Part shown: piece after piece, positions 9,450 through 18,832 of the stretch | Layout: every line of letters begins with the position of its first letter | Numbering within the stretch: the stretch's first letter is position 1 | Assembly: GCA_905480095.1 (NCBI GenBank) | Contig: CAJQPF010000034.1 | Coordinates: 2,694 to 66,693, forward strand | Source of the DNA: an uncultured Flavobacteriales bacterium | Lineage (GTDB): Bacteria > Bacteroidota > Bacteroidia > Flavobacteriales_D > Sanyastnellaceae | Length of the DNA stretch: 64,000 nucleotides | Direction of reading: 5' to 3' | Notes under the pieces: model-generated | Told to the model about the DNA's origin: nothing | Databases searched by the model: none | Seen by the model: only the letters and a program-made list of their open reading frames with translations | Position numbers and translations under genes: made by a program

Positions 9450-10510
9450 GTTACGTAATCCAAGGTATTCAGCATATGGGAATTGCCGTTTCTGACATGG
9501 ATGCCAGCCTGAAACTTTATAGAAATCTCTTCGGGTTAGATATCCCTTTTTTTGATGCCATCGCTGCTGCGCCACTGATGGATTCACACTGCAAGGGAGA
9601 GACAATTGTGAAGCGGGCAAGTATGGTTTTGAATCATCAGGGTGGATGCGCTGTTGAAGTGGTCTCACCTACTTCCTTTACCCCTAGAGGGCCGGTGTTC
9701 GAGTTAAGACAAGGAGATTTGGGCATCGGGTCGACGATGGTCAAAACGCCAGACATACGTAAGATGCATGAACATGCATACGCAATCCTCCCAGACAGTT
9801 GTGACGACACACTGGTGATGGACCCCATGGGACGTCTTACGTTTTTCCTTCGTGATTACGATGGGAACTTATTTCAAATACTGGAGTCTGACGAATGGTT
9901 TACCCGAAACGGGCATCCCAGTGGGGGCATAATGGGAGGCACAATTGGAGTCAGTGACATGGATGCTGCGTTTAAATTTTATTGCACCATCCTGGGGTAT
10001 GATCAAGTCGTGTATGACAAGAAAGGGACTTTTGAAGATTGGGCACATTTACCTGGTGGGGAAGAACGATACCGCCGGGTACTCTTAAGTCAAACATCTC
10101 CTGGTACAGGTGGATTCTCATCATTGATGGGCCCTACATATATCGAGCTGGTTGTTGCACTTGACAGAAAAGGTGAGTTTATTTTTAAAGACCGCATTTG
10201 GGCAGACACTGGCATCGTTCATCTCGGATTCGATGTGAGGGGCATGAAAGCGCTGGGACAAGCGCTTGAAAAAGATGGGTTTGGATTTAGATGTGATACA
10301 GATGATGCATTAAGCATGGGGGATCACACTTCTGTGCACTGCACGTACATTGATGACCCCGATGAATGTTGGATAGAGATGATTGAGGTTCACAAAATTC
10401 CGATTTTGGAAAAGTTGGGGTTATTTCTAAATGTTCAGAAACGGGAACCATCAAAACCACTCCCGAAGTGGATGCTCTATGCGCTTAAATTCAACAGAAT
10501 TAAATCATGA
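9446..10510 (+). CDS. Tandem-domain VOC (glyoxalase/bleomycin-resistance/dioxygenase) family protein
   Basis: Two VOC-like repeats (GIQHMGIAVSDMDASLKLY and GGTIGVSDMDAAFKFY). ATGA overlap with the upstream gene. Confidence 0.75.
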   Translation: MSYVIQGIQHMGIAVSDMDASLKLYRNLFGLDIPFFDAIAAAPLMDSHCKGETIVKRASMVLNHQGGCAVEVVSPTSFTPRGPVFELRQGDLGIGSTMVKTPDIRKMHEHAYAILPDSCDDTLVMDPMGRLTFFLRDYDGNLFQILESDEWFTRNGHPSGGIMGGTIGVSDMDAAFKFYCTILGYDQVVYDKKGTFEDWAHLPGGEERYRRVLLSQTSPGTGGFSSLMGPTYIELVVALDRKGEFIFKDRIWADTGIVHLGFDVRGMKALGQALEKDGFGFRCDTDDALSMGDHTSVHCTYIDDPDECWIEMIEVHKIPILEKLGLFLNVQKREPSKPLPKWMLYALKFNRIKS

Positions 10511-11202
10511 ACGCCAAAAAGAAGATTTTACTCGTAGACGATGAGATCGATATTCTAGATTTTCTTTCGTACAATTTAATTCAATCCGGATACGAGGTAA
10601 GAACAGCCATCAATGGCGAAAAGGGGGTCGAAGTTGCGCGAGCATTTACTCCCGACCTCATCCTGATGGACATGATGATGCCCGAAATGGATGGCGTAGA
10701 AACGTGTGAGAAAATCAGAAGTATCCCCGAAACAGAAAATGTAATGGTGGCATTTCTCACAGCGAGAGGAGAAGACTACAGCCAAATCGCCGGCTTCGAT
10801 GCTGGTGCAGATGATTACATCTTAAAGCCGATTAAGCCAAAAGTTCTGATAAGCAGAGTCAACGCGCTGATGAAAAGAACAAATAGAACGTTGGAGTCGA
10901 CTTCGAACAACGTGGAATATATCGAGGTTGGTGAAATTAACATTGATTTAAAAAAGCACATCGTTTCGTTTAAGCAGGCAGAAATTAATCTGCCAAAGAA
11001 AGAATTTCAATTGTTGGTTTTACTATGCAGCCAACCCGGGGTGGTCCAAACTCGAGGAGAAATCATGGATAAAATTTGGGGTACTGAAGTCGTTGTCGGA
11101 GACCGAACCATTGACGTACATATAAGGAAACTGAGGGAGAAATTCGGGCAAGACTTTATTGTGACAATCAAAGGAATTGGATACAAATTAAAAACCTCTT
11201 AA
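10507..11202 (+). CDS. OmpR/PhoB-type response regulator
   Basis: Receiver domain (LLVDDE, phospho-acceptor context LILMDMMMPEMDG, conserved K in ILKPI) plus a winged-helix trans_reg_C end (RTIDVHIRKLREK, GIGYKL). ATGA overlap upstream. Confidence 0.9.
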   Translation: MNAKKKILLVDDEIDILDFLSYNLIQSGYEVRTAINGEKGVEVARAFTPDLILMDMMMPEMDGVETCEKIRSIPETENVMVAFLTARGEDYSQIAGFDAGADDYILKPIKPKVLISRVNALMKRTNRTLESTSNNVEYIEVGEINIDLKKHIVSFKQAEINLPKKEFQLLVLLCSQPGVVQTRGEIMDKIWGTEVVVGDRTIDVHIRKLREKFGQDFIVTIKGIGYKLKTS

Positions 11203-12252
11203 ATGGCCTTCGAACGGACTCCCAAAGACGTCGCCAGGCAATCCTCTGTGTTCATTGGAGTACTCTGTTCCGTGGCTGTACTTATCGTACTGATTGTGTC
11301 GAATGCATTGAACTTGTGGGCCATTTCCATCATCGTAGGAGTCGTCCTTGAAGAGCTTAGTTATTTTGTGATTTACAATGCGATTGAGAAGTACATAGAT
11401 CACCGCATCCAAATCCTTTATAAAACAATCAGTAAGGTCAAAGGTGGTGGAGATCTAACCATCAATATGGATGAAGATGTCGTGGAACTCGCAAATCAAG
11501 ATGTCATGGAGTGGGCGGAAGGCCAAATAGAGGAAATCAATCTGCTTCGAGAAACCGATTCCTTTCGTAAGGATTTTATTGGAAACCTCGCACACGAACT
11601 GAAGACCCCTCTTTTCAATATTCAGGGATTTATCTTATCACTCCTAGAGGGGGGGATTGACGACCCCGAGGTAAATAGAAAATTTCTAAGTAAAGCGGAG
11701 AAAAACATCGACAGAATGACCAGTTTACTTGAAGATCTAGACAGCATTTCAAAAATAGAATCTGGAGCGATGAACATCGAATTGGAGACTGTGGATATTG
11801 TCGAACTCAGTTCTGAAATTGCTGAAAACCTTGACCGGAAAGCAAAAGACGCCAACGTACAAATTAAGATTCTAAAAGAAGAGGAGTTCAACGTCCTCTG
11901 CGATCCAAATAAAATAGGTCAAGTCCTCTCTAATCTTCTCGTAAACTCAATAAATTACGGTGTGGAGAATGGCAAAACCATGGTGAGGTTTTATGACATG
12001 GGAGACAATATTTTGATCGAGGTCGCTGACGACGGAATAGGAATTAAAGATGAGGATCTGCTGCGCATTTACGAACGGTTTTACCGGGTTGACAAAAGTC
12101 GTTCGAGACATGCTGGTGGCTCAGGACTTGGACTGTCGATTGTCAAGCACATCGTGGAAGCTCACGGTGGGAACCTCCATGTTCGTTCAACGTTAGGTAC
12201 AGGGACGACCTTCAGTTTTACCTTAAAAAAAGCACCCCAAGAAAAAACTTAA
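11203..12252 (+). CDS. Sensor histidine kinase, PhoR-like (two TM helices, minimal external loop)
   Basis: H-box FIGNLAHELKTPL, N-box LLVNSINYG, G1 DDGIGI and G2 GGSGLGLSIVK. ATG directly follows the regulator's TAA. Confidence 0.9.
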   Translation: MAFERTPKDVARQSSVFIGVLCSVAVLIVLIVSNALNLWAISIIVGVVLEELSYFVIYNAIEKYIDHRIQILYKTISKVKGGGDLTINMDEDVVELANQDVMEWAEGQIEEINLLRETDSFRKDFIGNLAHELKTPLFNIQGFILSLLEGGIDDPEVNRKFLSKAEKNIDRMTSLLEDLDSISKIESGAMNIELETVDIVELSSEIAENLDRKAKDANVQIKILKEEEFNVLCDPNKIGQVLSNLLVNSINYGVENGKTMVRFYDMGDNILIEVADDGIGIKDEDLLRIYERFYRVDKSRSRHAGGSGLGLSIVKHIVEAHGGNLHVRSTLGTGTTFSFTLKKAPQEKT

Positions 12253-12321
12253 CATTGCCTTAACATAGAATTCCTGAAGCTTGAAAACTTTTAAAGGACT
12301 TTGCACTCGAATTAAGAAGAC

Positions 12322-13410
12322 ATGCTAGCTTTATTTACAACAATCGGTTTTATCCTCGCAGGATACTCAGTAATTGCAAACGACAGTGTTCAAACACTCG
12401 GAACATGGATCGCCTCAAACAGAGAACGGTTTAAGTGGTGGCAACTTTGGATTGCAGCTTCAGGGGTGCTTATTGTGACGCTTGTCTATGGATGGTACAC
12501 AGGAGATGGAGATATTTCTTTTGGTCGTCTCTCAAAGATTCCATACATAGAACCACAATGGTACCACGCCATGGCACCTCTTGCTTTGGTAGTCCTCACA
12601 AGGAAAGGAATACCTGTTTCTACTTCATTCCTCGTTCTCTCAGCGTTTGCATCCACGTTCGTCCTTGAAAAAATGCTCATTAAAAGCATGCTGGGCTATG
12701 GACTGGCTGCACTCGTGGCTTATGTTCTCTGGCTTGTTGTGGCACGTTTGGTCAATGAGAAAGAAGATATCAGTGACAAATACAAGCCCTTCTGGAGAAC
12801 ATTCCAGTGGTTCAGTACAGGTTTCCTTTGGTACACATGGCTTTCGCATGATGTCGCAAACATCGCTGTTTTCCTCCCTCGCCAATTAGAGTCTTGGCAA
12901 CTCATCCTCATTATTGTCTTTTTCGTTGCTGGTTTGGCAAATATTTTCTACAGTAAAGGAGGTAAAATTCAGCAAATCGTTCTCGACAAACAGAGCACCA
13001 AATACGTGAGATCTGCAACCTTAATTGACCTTGCCTACGCCTTTCTTTTACTTTATTTCAAACAACTGAATGAAATCCCTATGTCTACAACATGGGTGTT
13101 TGTAGGTCTTCTTTGTGGCCGTGAACTTGCGCTAAATACTGGACTTACAAAAAAGGGCAACATTAAAATGATTTTCCCTATCGTGGCCAAGGATTTCCTG
13201 AAACTCGTTGTGGGACTGATGGTGAGCGTAGCCATCGTCTTAGGCATACACTATGGTACAGACCAAAAAGAATTAAATCAAGCTGCTTCTGACAAATTAG
13301 AATTAACCAAATCTAATAATAGTAAAATCCTTGACCATAAATCAAAAGTTGCACCTCAAGATTCAATTCAATATAATTCGATAGAATCACCCGATACTAT
13401 ACAAGAATAA
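12322..13410 (+). CDS. Polytopic membrane protein, possibly a distant PiT/PHO4-like carrier
   Basis: About 9-10 hydrophobic helices. Two ND-containing motifs in equivalent half positions (VIANDSVQTLGT and SHDVANIAVF) recall the duplicated GANDVAN signature of PiT transporters. Hydrophilic C-terminal tail. The functional call is tentative. Confidence 0.5.
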   Translation: MLALFTTIGFILAGYSVIANDSVQTLGTWIASNRERFKWWQLWIAASGVLIVTLVYGWYTGDGDISFGRLSKIPYIEPQWYHAMAPLALVVLTRKGIPVSTSFLVLSAFASTFVLEKMLIKSMLGYGLAALVAYVLWLVVARLVNEKEDISDKYKPFWRTFQWFSTGFLWYTWLSHDVANIAVFLPRQLESWQLILIIVFFVAGLANIFYSKGGKIQQIVLDKQSTKYVRSATLIDLAYAFLLLYFKQLNEIPMSTTWVFVGLLCGRELALNTGLTKKGNIKMIFPIVAKDFLKLVVGLMVSVAIVLGIHYGTDQKELNQAASDKLELTKSNNSKILDHKSKVAPQDSIQYNSIESPDTIQE

Positions 13411-13411
13411 C

Positions 13412-14431
13412 TTGAAGAAACTCGGTTTTTTAGACAGGTATCTCACGATTTGGATCTTCCTAGCGATGGCTTTGGGCGTTCTCATTGGCGCATGGATTCC
13501 TGGCGTCTCGGATGCGATCGATCTTATCGCATACAAGGGAATAAATATTCCGATCGCAACAGGTCTCATTGTGATGATGTATCCTCCGCTTGCAAAGGTG
13601 GATTACCGCACCCTTCCCGTCGTTCTGAAAGATAAAAAACTCCTATCTCTATCACTTATCCTCAACTGGGTAGTCGGTCCACTTTTCATGTTTTTCTTGG
13701 CCGCATATTTCTTGAGCGACAGGCCTGAACTGATGACAGGCGTGATATTGATAGGGCTTGCGAGATGCATCGCTATGGTCCTTGTTTGGAACGACTTGGC
13801 GGACGGAGACAGCACCTATGGGGCAGCATTGGTGGCCCTTAACTCTCTTTTCCAAGTCTTCACATTCAGTTTTTATGCCTGGTTCTTTTTGACCATTTTA
13901 CCTACCTGGATAGGCTTGGGGAGTATTCTTGTTGACGTCCCATTCACGATGGTCGCAACGAACGTGGGCATCTATTTAGGCATCCCCTTTGTCCTTGGGA
14001 TTGGAGGCCGAGTGGTTCTCATACGTTTAAAAGGGTTGTCATGGTATAATGACACGTACCTCCCGCGTATCGGACCGCTCACTTTAATTTCACTCCTGTT
14101 CACAATCGTTTTGATGTTCAGTCTTCAGGGCGCTCGAATTTTAGACCAAACCTCTGACGTTCTTCTGGTTTCAATACCCCTCCTACTCTACTTCTTTGGA
14201 ATGTGGTTACTCAGCTATTTTGCTGGGATGAAATTGGGAGTTAATGAACCCAGAAATCGCGCGGTTGCATTTACAGCAGCTGGCAACAACTTTGAGCTTG
14301 CGATCGCGGTAGCAATCGGCGTCTTTGGTCTTCACTCCTCAGAAGCATTTGTAGGGGTCATAGGCCCATTAATTGAGGTTCCCGCCCTCCTGCTCCTCGT
14401 TCAGCTTTCAAAACGACTCTCAAAGCAATAA
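13412..14431 (+). CDS. acr3: ACR3-family arsenite efflux transporter
   Basis: N-terminus LGFLDRYLTIWIF, conserved Cys motif GLARCIAMVLVWNDLADGD and GPLIEVPALL. TTG start 1 nt after the upstream stop. Confidence 0.9.
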   Translation: MKKLGFLDRYLTIWIFLAMALGVLIGAWIPGVSDAIDLIAYKGINIPIATGLIVMMYPPLAKVDYRTLPVVLKDKKLLSLSLILNWVVGPLFMFFLAAYFLSDRPELMTGVILIGLARCIAMVLVWNDLADGDSTYGAALVALNSLFQVFTFSFYAWFFLTILPTWIGLGSILVDVPFTMVATNVGIYLGIPFVLGIGGRVVLIRLKGLSWYNDTYLPRIGPLTLISLLFTIVLMFSLQGARILDQTSDVLLVSIPLLLYFFGMWLLSYFAGMKLGVNEPRNRAVAFTAAGNNFELAIAVAIGVFGLHSSEAFVGVIGPLIEVPALLLLVQLSKRLSKQ

Positions 14432-14444
14432 GGCCTGATTGCGT

Positions 14445-15113
14445 TCATTGTTGTAACATTCCTGTTCCAGCGCCATTCACAAAAGGATTTGAGGCCCGCT
14501 CTTTTCCGATAGAAGTTGGTCCTCCATGACCGGGATATACGATGTAATCGTCTTCTAAACTGAACAACTGCTCAGTGATACTTTGCGCAAGAACATCCGG
14601 ATTTCCGCCAGGAAGATCCGTGCGGCCAATACTCCCCTCAAAGAGAACATCACCTCCTATAACGAATTTTTGCGAATGGCAAACAAAAACCACATGCCCT
14701 TTACTGTGTCCAGGGGCCAATCGAATCTCGAGTTTCATATCTCCACACGAGATCTCAGTACCTTGTTTACCCAAGTCCTCTCCCCGAGTGGGAAGCTCAT
14801 CCATATCTATCCCATATAGCTTGGCCGAAATAGGTGCCTGTGTCCAGGTCGTTTCATCAGTCGGGTGTAATCTGGGACCACAGCCAAATGTATCTGACAC
14901 CCAAGCTGTACCCATGACATGGTCAAGATGCGCATGGGTTAGTAAGCACTGGGTGACCACGACCCCAAGTGTTTTGCAAGCCTTCTCGAAGTGAAATCTC
15001 TCTTCCAGAGAACTCATCCCCGGATCAAAGACCGTTGCTTCGCCATTGCCGTGATCTAGTAAATACGTTTGCTCACTAAAGGCATTAAATCTGAAGGAGT
15101 GAAGATGGTTCAT
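14445..15113 (-). CDS. MBL-fold metallo-hydrolase (glyoxalase II-like)
   Basis: HxHxDH motif (THAHLDHVMG), later His (GHSKGH) and a GDVLF..GR.D block. Confidence 0.85.
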   Translation of the reverse strand: MNHLHSFRFNAFSEQTYLLDHGNGEATVFDPGMSSLEERFHFEKACKTLGVVVTQCLLTHAHLDHVMGTAWVSDTFGCGPRLHPTDETTWTQAPISAKLYGIDMDELPTRGEDLGKQGTEISCGDMKLEIRLAPGHSKGHVVFVCHSQKFVIGGDVLFEGSIGRTDLPGGNPDVLAQSITEQLFSLEDDYIVYPGHGGPTSIGKERASNPFVNGAGTGMLQQ

Positions 15114-15158
15114 GAAATATAAAGAGAATGATCTATTTAGGGCGTAATTTCGGGAAGC

Positions 15159-18100
15159 ATGAGTCCAAATCTCACATCTAAATTAACGATTCTCCTATTT
15201 GGAGCACTAATGCTTTGTAACCAGGGAGTTACAGCGCAATTTTACGATGGGCTACAAGTGGAGTATGGGAAAAACAGAATACAGTACAGAGATTTTATTT
15301 GGCAATATCATACTGTGGGGCACTTTGAAATTTACTTTTATCAAGGTGGTCAAGAACTCGCTGGAGCAATTGCGGGAATTGTAGAAGAAACAGCAAAGGA
15401 ATTGACCCCCTATTTTGGAAACAAATTAGAGGGGCCAATTCAAATCCTTGTCTACAATAACATTGCTGAATTCCGACAAAGTAATTTGGGGGTTTTGTCC
15501 ATAGAAGAAGAAGCTATAAACATTGGCGGAACTGCAAAAATCATCGGAAATAAGCTCTTTATATATGGGCGAGGTGACCGGGCTGGTTTAGAAAGAGATC
15601 TGAAGGGAGGGCTGGCAAGAATAGCACTTCAACAAACAATTTATAGTGGCAGTTGGAAAGATGCGTTGAAAAACTCGAGCATGTTGCAAATTCCTGAGTG
15701 GTTTGAAGAGGGTCTTGTGAGTCACCTTTCGTGGCAGAAATCAGCGCGCGCCAACATGTATGCATATGATGCTGCCAGATCTGGTGCGCTCGCGAACATT
15801 GACAGCAGTGAAGGCGATGAAGCAGGAGAACTCGGAAGCGCAGTTTGGGATTACATCGCCAATATCTATGGCGTTCCTGCGATTGCAAATGTTTTATATA
15901 TGATACGAATAAGTCGCAGCGTTGAAGGGGGATTCAGGTTTGCAACTGGCTTGAGTTTGCCGCAACTTATGTCTGAAGCAATCGTTTATCACAAACGACA
16001 AACCCCCATTAACTACGACAAAGATCTTCCCACAAACGCAGGACGGAAAAATGTTCGTGCTGCATTAAAAGACGGAGGAGAAATCCCTTTCAAGCTGAAG
16101 AAGCAATATGATTATATCTCCATAAGTCAATCCCCCGATGGGAAGAATGTTGCATTCATCACAGACGAAAGAGGACAATGGAAGGTTTGGACTTGCGGCG
16201 TTGAGGAAGGGAGCAATGTTGTACGAAGAGCCAAACATGGACACAAACTTGATGTGTTAAAAAATGACTTGTTGCCTTTGATTGCTTGGCATCCCGACGG
16301 GACACAGTTTACCTATAGCATCATACAAAAGGGACAACCCGTTCTTGTGACCATCCGATTAGACGATAAAAAGGCCATTCAAAAAGAACTTTTTAAGATT
16401 GACGAAGTACTCTCTATGGACTACGCTCCAGATGGAAGAAGTATTGTTTTTTCTGGCATGACAAATGGAAGGTCTGATCTCTACATCTACCGAATTATAG
16501 GAAATTTACAAGAACCCCTTTGGAAAGACCGGTTTGATGATTTAAATCCAAGATATACTTCGGACGGAAAATCAATTATTTTTTCTTCAAACAGACCTGA
16601 TGAAACCCTTCGTGATGACAGAGAGAATATTCCATTTGCTGCTCCCTTGGATTTATTTCTTTGCCATTTAGAGGGTGATGAACCGCGATTAGAAAGACTC
16701 ATCAACACACCCAACATAGACGAACGATTCCCTATACCGCTTCCAAATGACGAATTTATCTACCTGTCTGAGTATCGTGGAGGACGTCAAGAATACAGCT
16801 GGGGATGGGCCGATAGCACCATTCTGAGCATAGACACCGTCATCAAATACAGGTATTTTTTCGATACCCGAGTCCTCAATGATCTTGACGTCCCCATTTT
16901 AAGCATGCATTGCGATACTGCAAGTGGGATGTGTTATGGGTTGACCGAAATCTTTCAGCACGCATATAGAACCAAACTCGGGAAGATGCCCAAAACCGAG
17001 CAAAGGTCCGCCGAAAAATTCCAATCCATAAGAGGTTTAGAGGATGAGAATGGGTTGCAAGATTTCGAATCTCCCGATTGGTCAATGACGTTTGAAGATA
17101 CCGAAGCAGACATCAGAGAATATCAATTTGAATTCGAGAAGCGACTCAAAAAAACAAAAAGTGAAAGTCTTGCACAAGAACCTGTAAATACAATTGCGAG
17201 ATCATCTACAACGCTCAAACCAAAAAACTACAGGTTAAATTATGCCCTGCAGAAACTGCAGAGCCAAGTGAGCAATGCCTTTCGCTCTCAGTTCTACAGA
17301 ACTTACGACGGTTCCGTCTCTTCCTTGCCGGGATTAGGGAACGCCTCAGAGATTCGAATTTCCGATTTACTTGAAGACAAGCATATTATTGGTGGATACA
17401 ACATCTCTACAAATTTGAATAACAGCATGATCGGAGTTGCCTATTATAACTTAGAAGGCAGAGTAGATAAAATGTTCTCCATTCAGCGACAAGGCACCAC
17501 TTCATTGGAACCCAACAGTTTTAATCTTGTGGAAAGCCAATCACATTTCGCACGTTATCGCTTTTCTTACCCATTAGATGAGGTCAGAAGCCTGCGGGCT
17601 GGAATCGGCCTTCGCCTTGACAGGGCGGTGACGCAAGGAACTGAAATGTTCAGTTTAACAGCCCCCAATCGATGGACAGAACAAGTCGGTCTATCTGTAG
17701 CGTGGGTTCACGATGATACAAGAATACCTACGCTGAATATTCGAGAAGGATTACGCGCAAAAGTGTGGGCTGAATACTACTTGGATGGATTCGATAGCAG
17801 TTTTGGAACCGTCGGATTTGATGTGCGGAGATATTTCAAAATATATGCAAATGCAATATTTGCAATCAGGGCCGCAGGCAATTGGTCGATCGGAGAAAAG
17901 AAATTACTCCATCTTTTAGGTGGGACAGACAATAGACTGCTGACGGCCAGCAACAATAACGCATCCCCAATTGACCAAAATCAAGCGTATACATACCAAA
18001 CCAACATTACGCCTCTCAGAGGATTTGCAAACAACGCACGAAACGGAACCAACGCTGCGATCATCAATGCAGAAATACGCATCCCTATTTGGAGCACCGT

Positions 18101-18407
18101 TTTTTCTGAACCCGCAAAGTCGGACTTACTGAGACATCTTCAGGTGATTTTTTTCTCGGACATCGGTTCGGCTTGGATCGGAGCGCATCCATATTCCGAA
18201 GAAAACACATTCAATACGACCACATTTGAAAACAATCCGATTACGGTAACGATCGACAACAATAGGGAACCGATTGTATATGACTTTGGGTTTGGAGTAA
18301 GGTCGCGTTTACTTGGATACTGGCTTAGCGCGGATTGGGGATGGGGCGTTGACAATGGCATGATGATGCCCAAACGATTCACTTTAAGTCTAAATTTTGA
18401 TTTCTAA
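15159..18407 (+). CDS. Large envelope protein: N-terminal domain plus PD40/TolB-type beta-propeller repeats plus Omp85-like C-terminal barrel
   Basis: Signal peptide. PD40 repeats (SPDGKNVAFITDERGQWKVW, WHPDGTQFTYS, YAPDGRSIVFSGMTNGRSDLYIY, YTSDGKSIIFSSNR). C-terminus GFGVRSRLLGYWLSADWGWG...FTLSLNFDF ends in an aromatic residue. Confidence 0.7.
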   Translation: MSPNLTSKLTILLFGALMLCNQGVTAQFYDGLQVEYGKNRIQYRDFIWQYHTVGHFEIYFYQGGQELAGAIAGIVEETAKELTPYFGNKLEGPIQILVYNNIAEFRQSNLGVLSIEEEAINIGGTAKIIGNKLFIYGRGDRAGLERDLKGGLARIALQQTIYSGSWKDALKNSSMLQIPEWFEEGLVSHLSWQKSARANMYAYDAARSGALANIDSSEGDEAGELGSAVWDYIANIYGVPAIANVLYMIRISRSVEGGFRFATGLSLPQLMSEAIVYHKRQTPINYDKDLPTNAGRKNVRAALKDGGEIPFKLKKQYDYISISQSPDGKNVAFITDERGQWKVWTCGVEEGSNVVRRAKHGHKLDVLKNDLLPLIAWHPDGTQFTYSIIQKGQPVLVTIRLDDKKAIQKELFKIDEVLSMDYAPDGRSIVFSGMTNGRSDLYIYRIIGNLQEPLWKDRFDDLNPRYTSDGKSIIFSSNRPDETLRDDRENIPFAAPLDLFLCHLEGDEPRLERLINTPNIDERFPIPLPNDEFIYLSEYRGGRQEYSWGWADSTILSIDTVIKYRYFFDTRVLNDLDVPILSMHCDTASGMCYGLTEIFQHAYRTKLGKMPKTEQRSAEKFQSIRGLEDENGLQDFESPDWSMTFEDTEADIREYQFEFEKRLKKTKSESLAQEPVNTIARSSTTLKPKNYRLNYALQKLQSQVSNAFRSQFYRTYDGSVSSLPGLGNASEIRISDLLEDKHIIGGYNISTNLNNSMIGVAYYNLEGRVDKMFSIQRQGTTSLEPNSFNLVESQSHFARYRFSYPLDEVRSLRAGIGLRLDRAVTQGTEMFSLTAPNRWTEQVGLSVAWVHDDTRIPTLNIREGLRAKVWAEYYLDGFDSSFGTVGFDVRRYFKIYANAIFAIRAAGNWSIGEKKLLHLLGGTDNRLLTASNNNASPIDQNQAYTYQTNITPLRGFANNARNGTNAAIINAEIRIPIWSTVFSEPAKSDLLRHLQVIFFSDIGSAWIGAHPYSEENTFNTTTFENNPITVTIDNNREPIVYDFGFGVRSRLLGYWLSADWGWGVDNGMMMPKRFTLSLNFDF

Positions 18408-18433
18408 ATGCGTCTTTAATAAATTAGCCATCC

Positions 18434-18832
18434 ATGGAACTCTCCACTTTATTTATTCTACTTACAATCGGCGTTTTAGCGGGCATTGCCAGTGGATTTG
18501 TAGGGATAGGTGGCGGGTTAATCATTGTGCCTGCCTTGATTTACTTTTTGGGTTTGGACCAACACACTGCGCAGGGCACCTCACTGGCCCTCATGCTGCC
18601 CCCTATTGGCATAATGGCAGCAATGCAGTACCACAGTGAGGAACACGTTGAATGGACGTATTCCGTGATTATTGCTGTGACATTTATATTGGGGGCATGG
18701 CTCGGAAGTAAATGGTCGTTAAAGCTCCCTACATCTCTGGTTCGATTGGTATTTTCCGCAATTCTTTTTTACGCTGCGATAGGCATGGCTGTGAAGGCTT
18801 TTCGTGATATTTTCCCAGAAAATGGAACTTAA
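18434..18832 (+). CDS. TSUP (TauE/SafE, DUF81) family membrane protein, half-length
   Basis: 132 aa with four predicted TM helices. Motif GIGGGLIIVPAL is typical of TSUP repeat units. Confidence 0.7.
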   Translation: MELSTLFILLTIGVLAGIASGFVGIGGGLIIVPALIYFLGLDQHTAQGTSLALMLPPIGIMAAMQYHSEEHVEWTYSVIIAVTFILGAWLGSKWSLKLPTSLVRLVFSAILFYAAIGMAVKAFRDIFPENGT

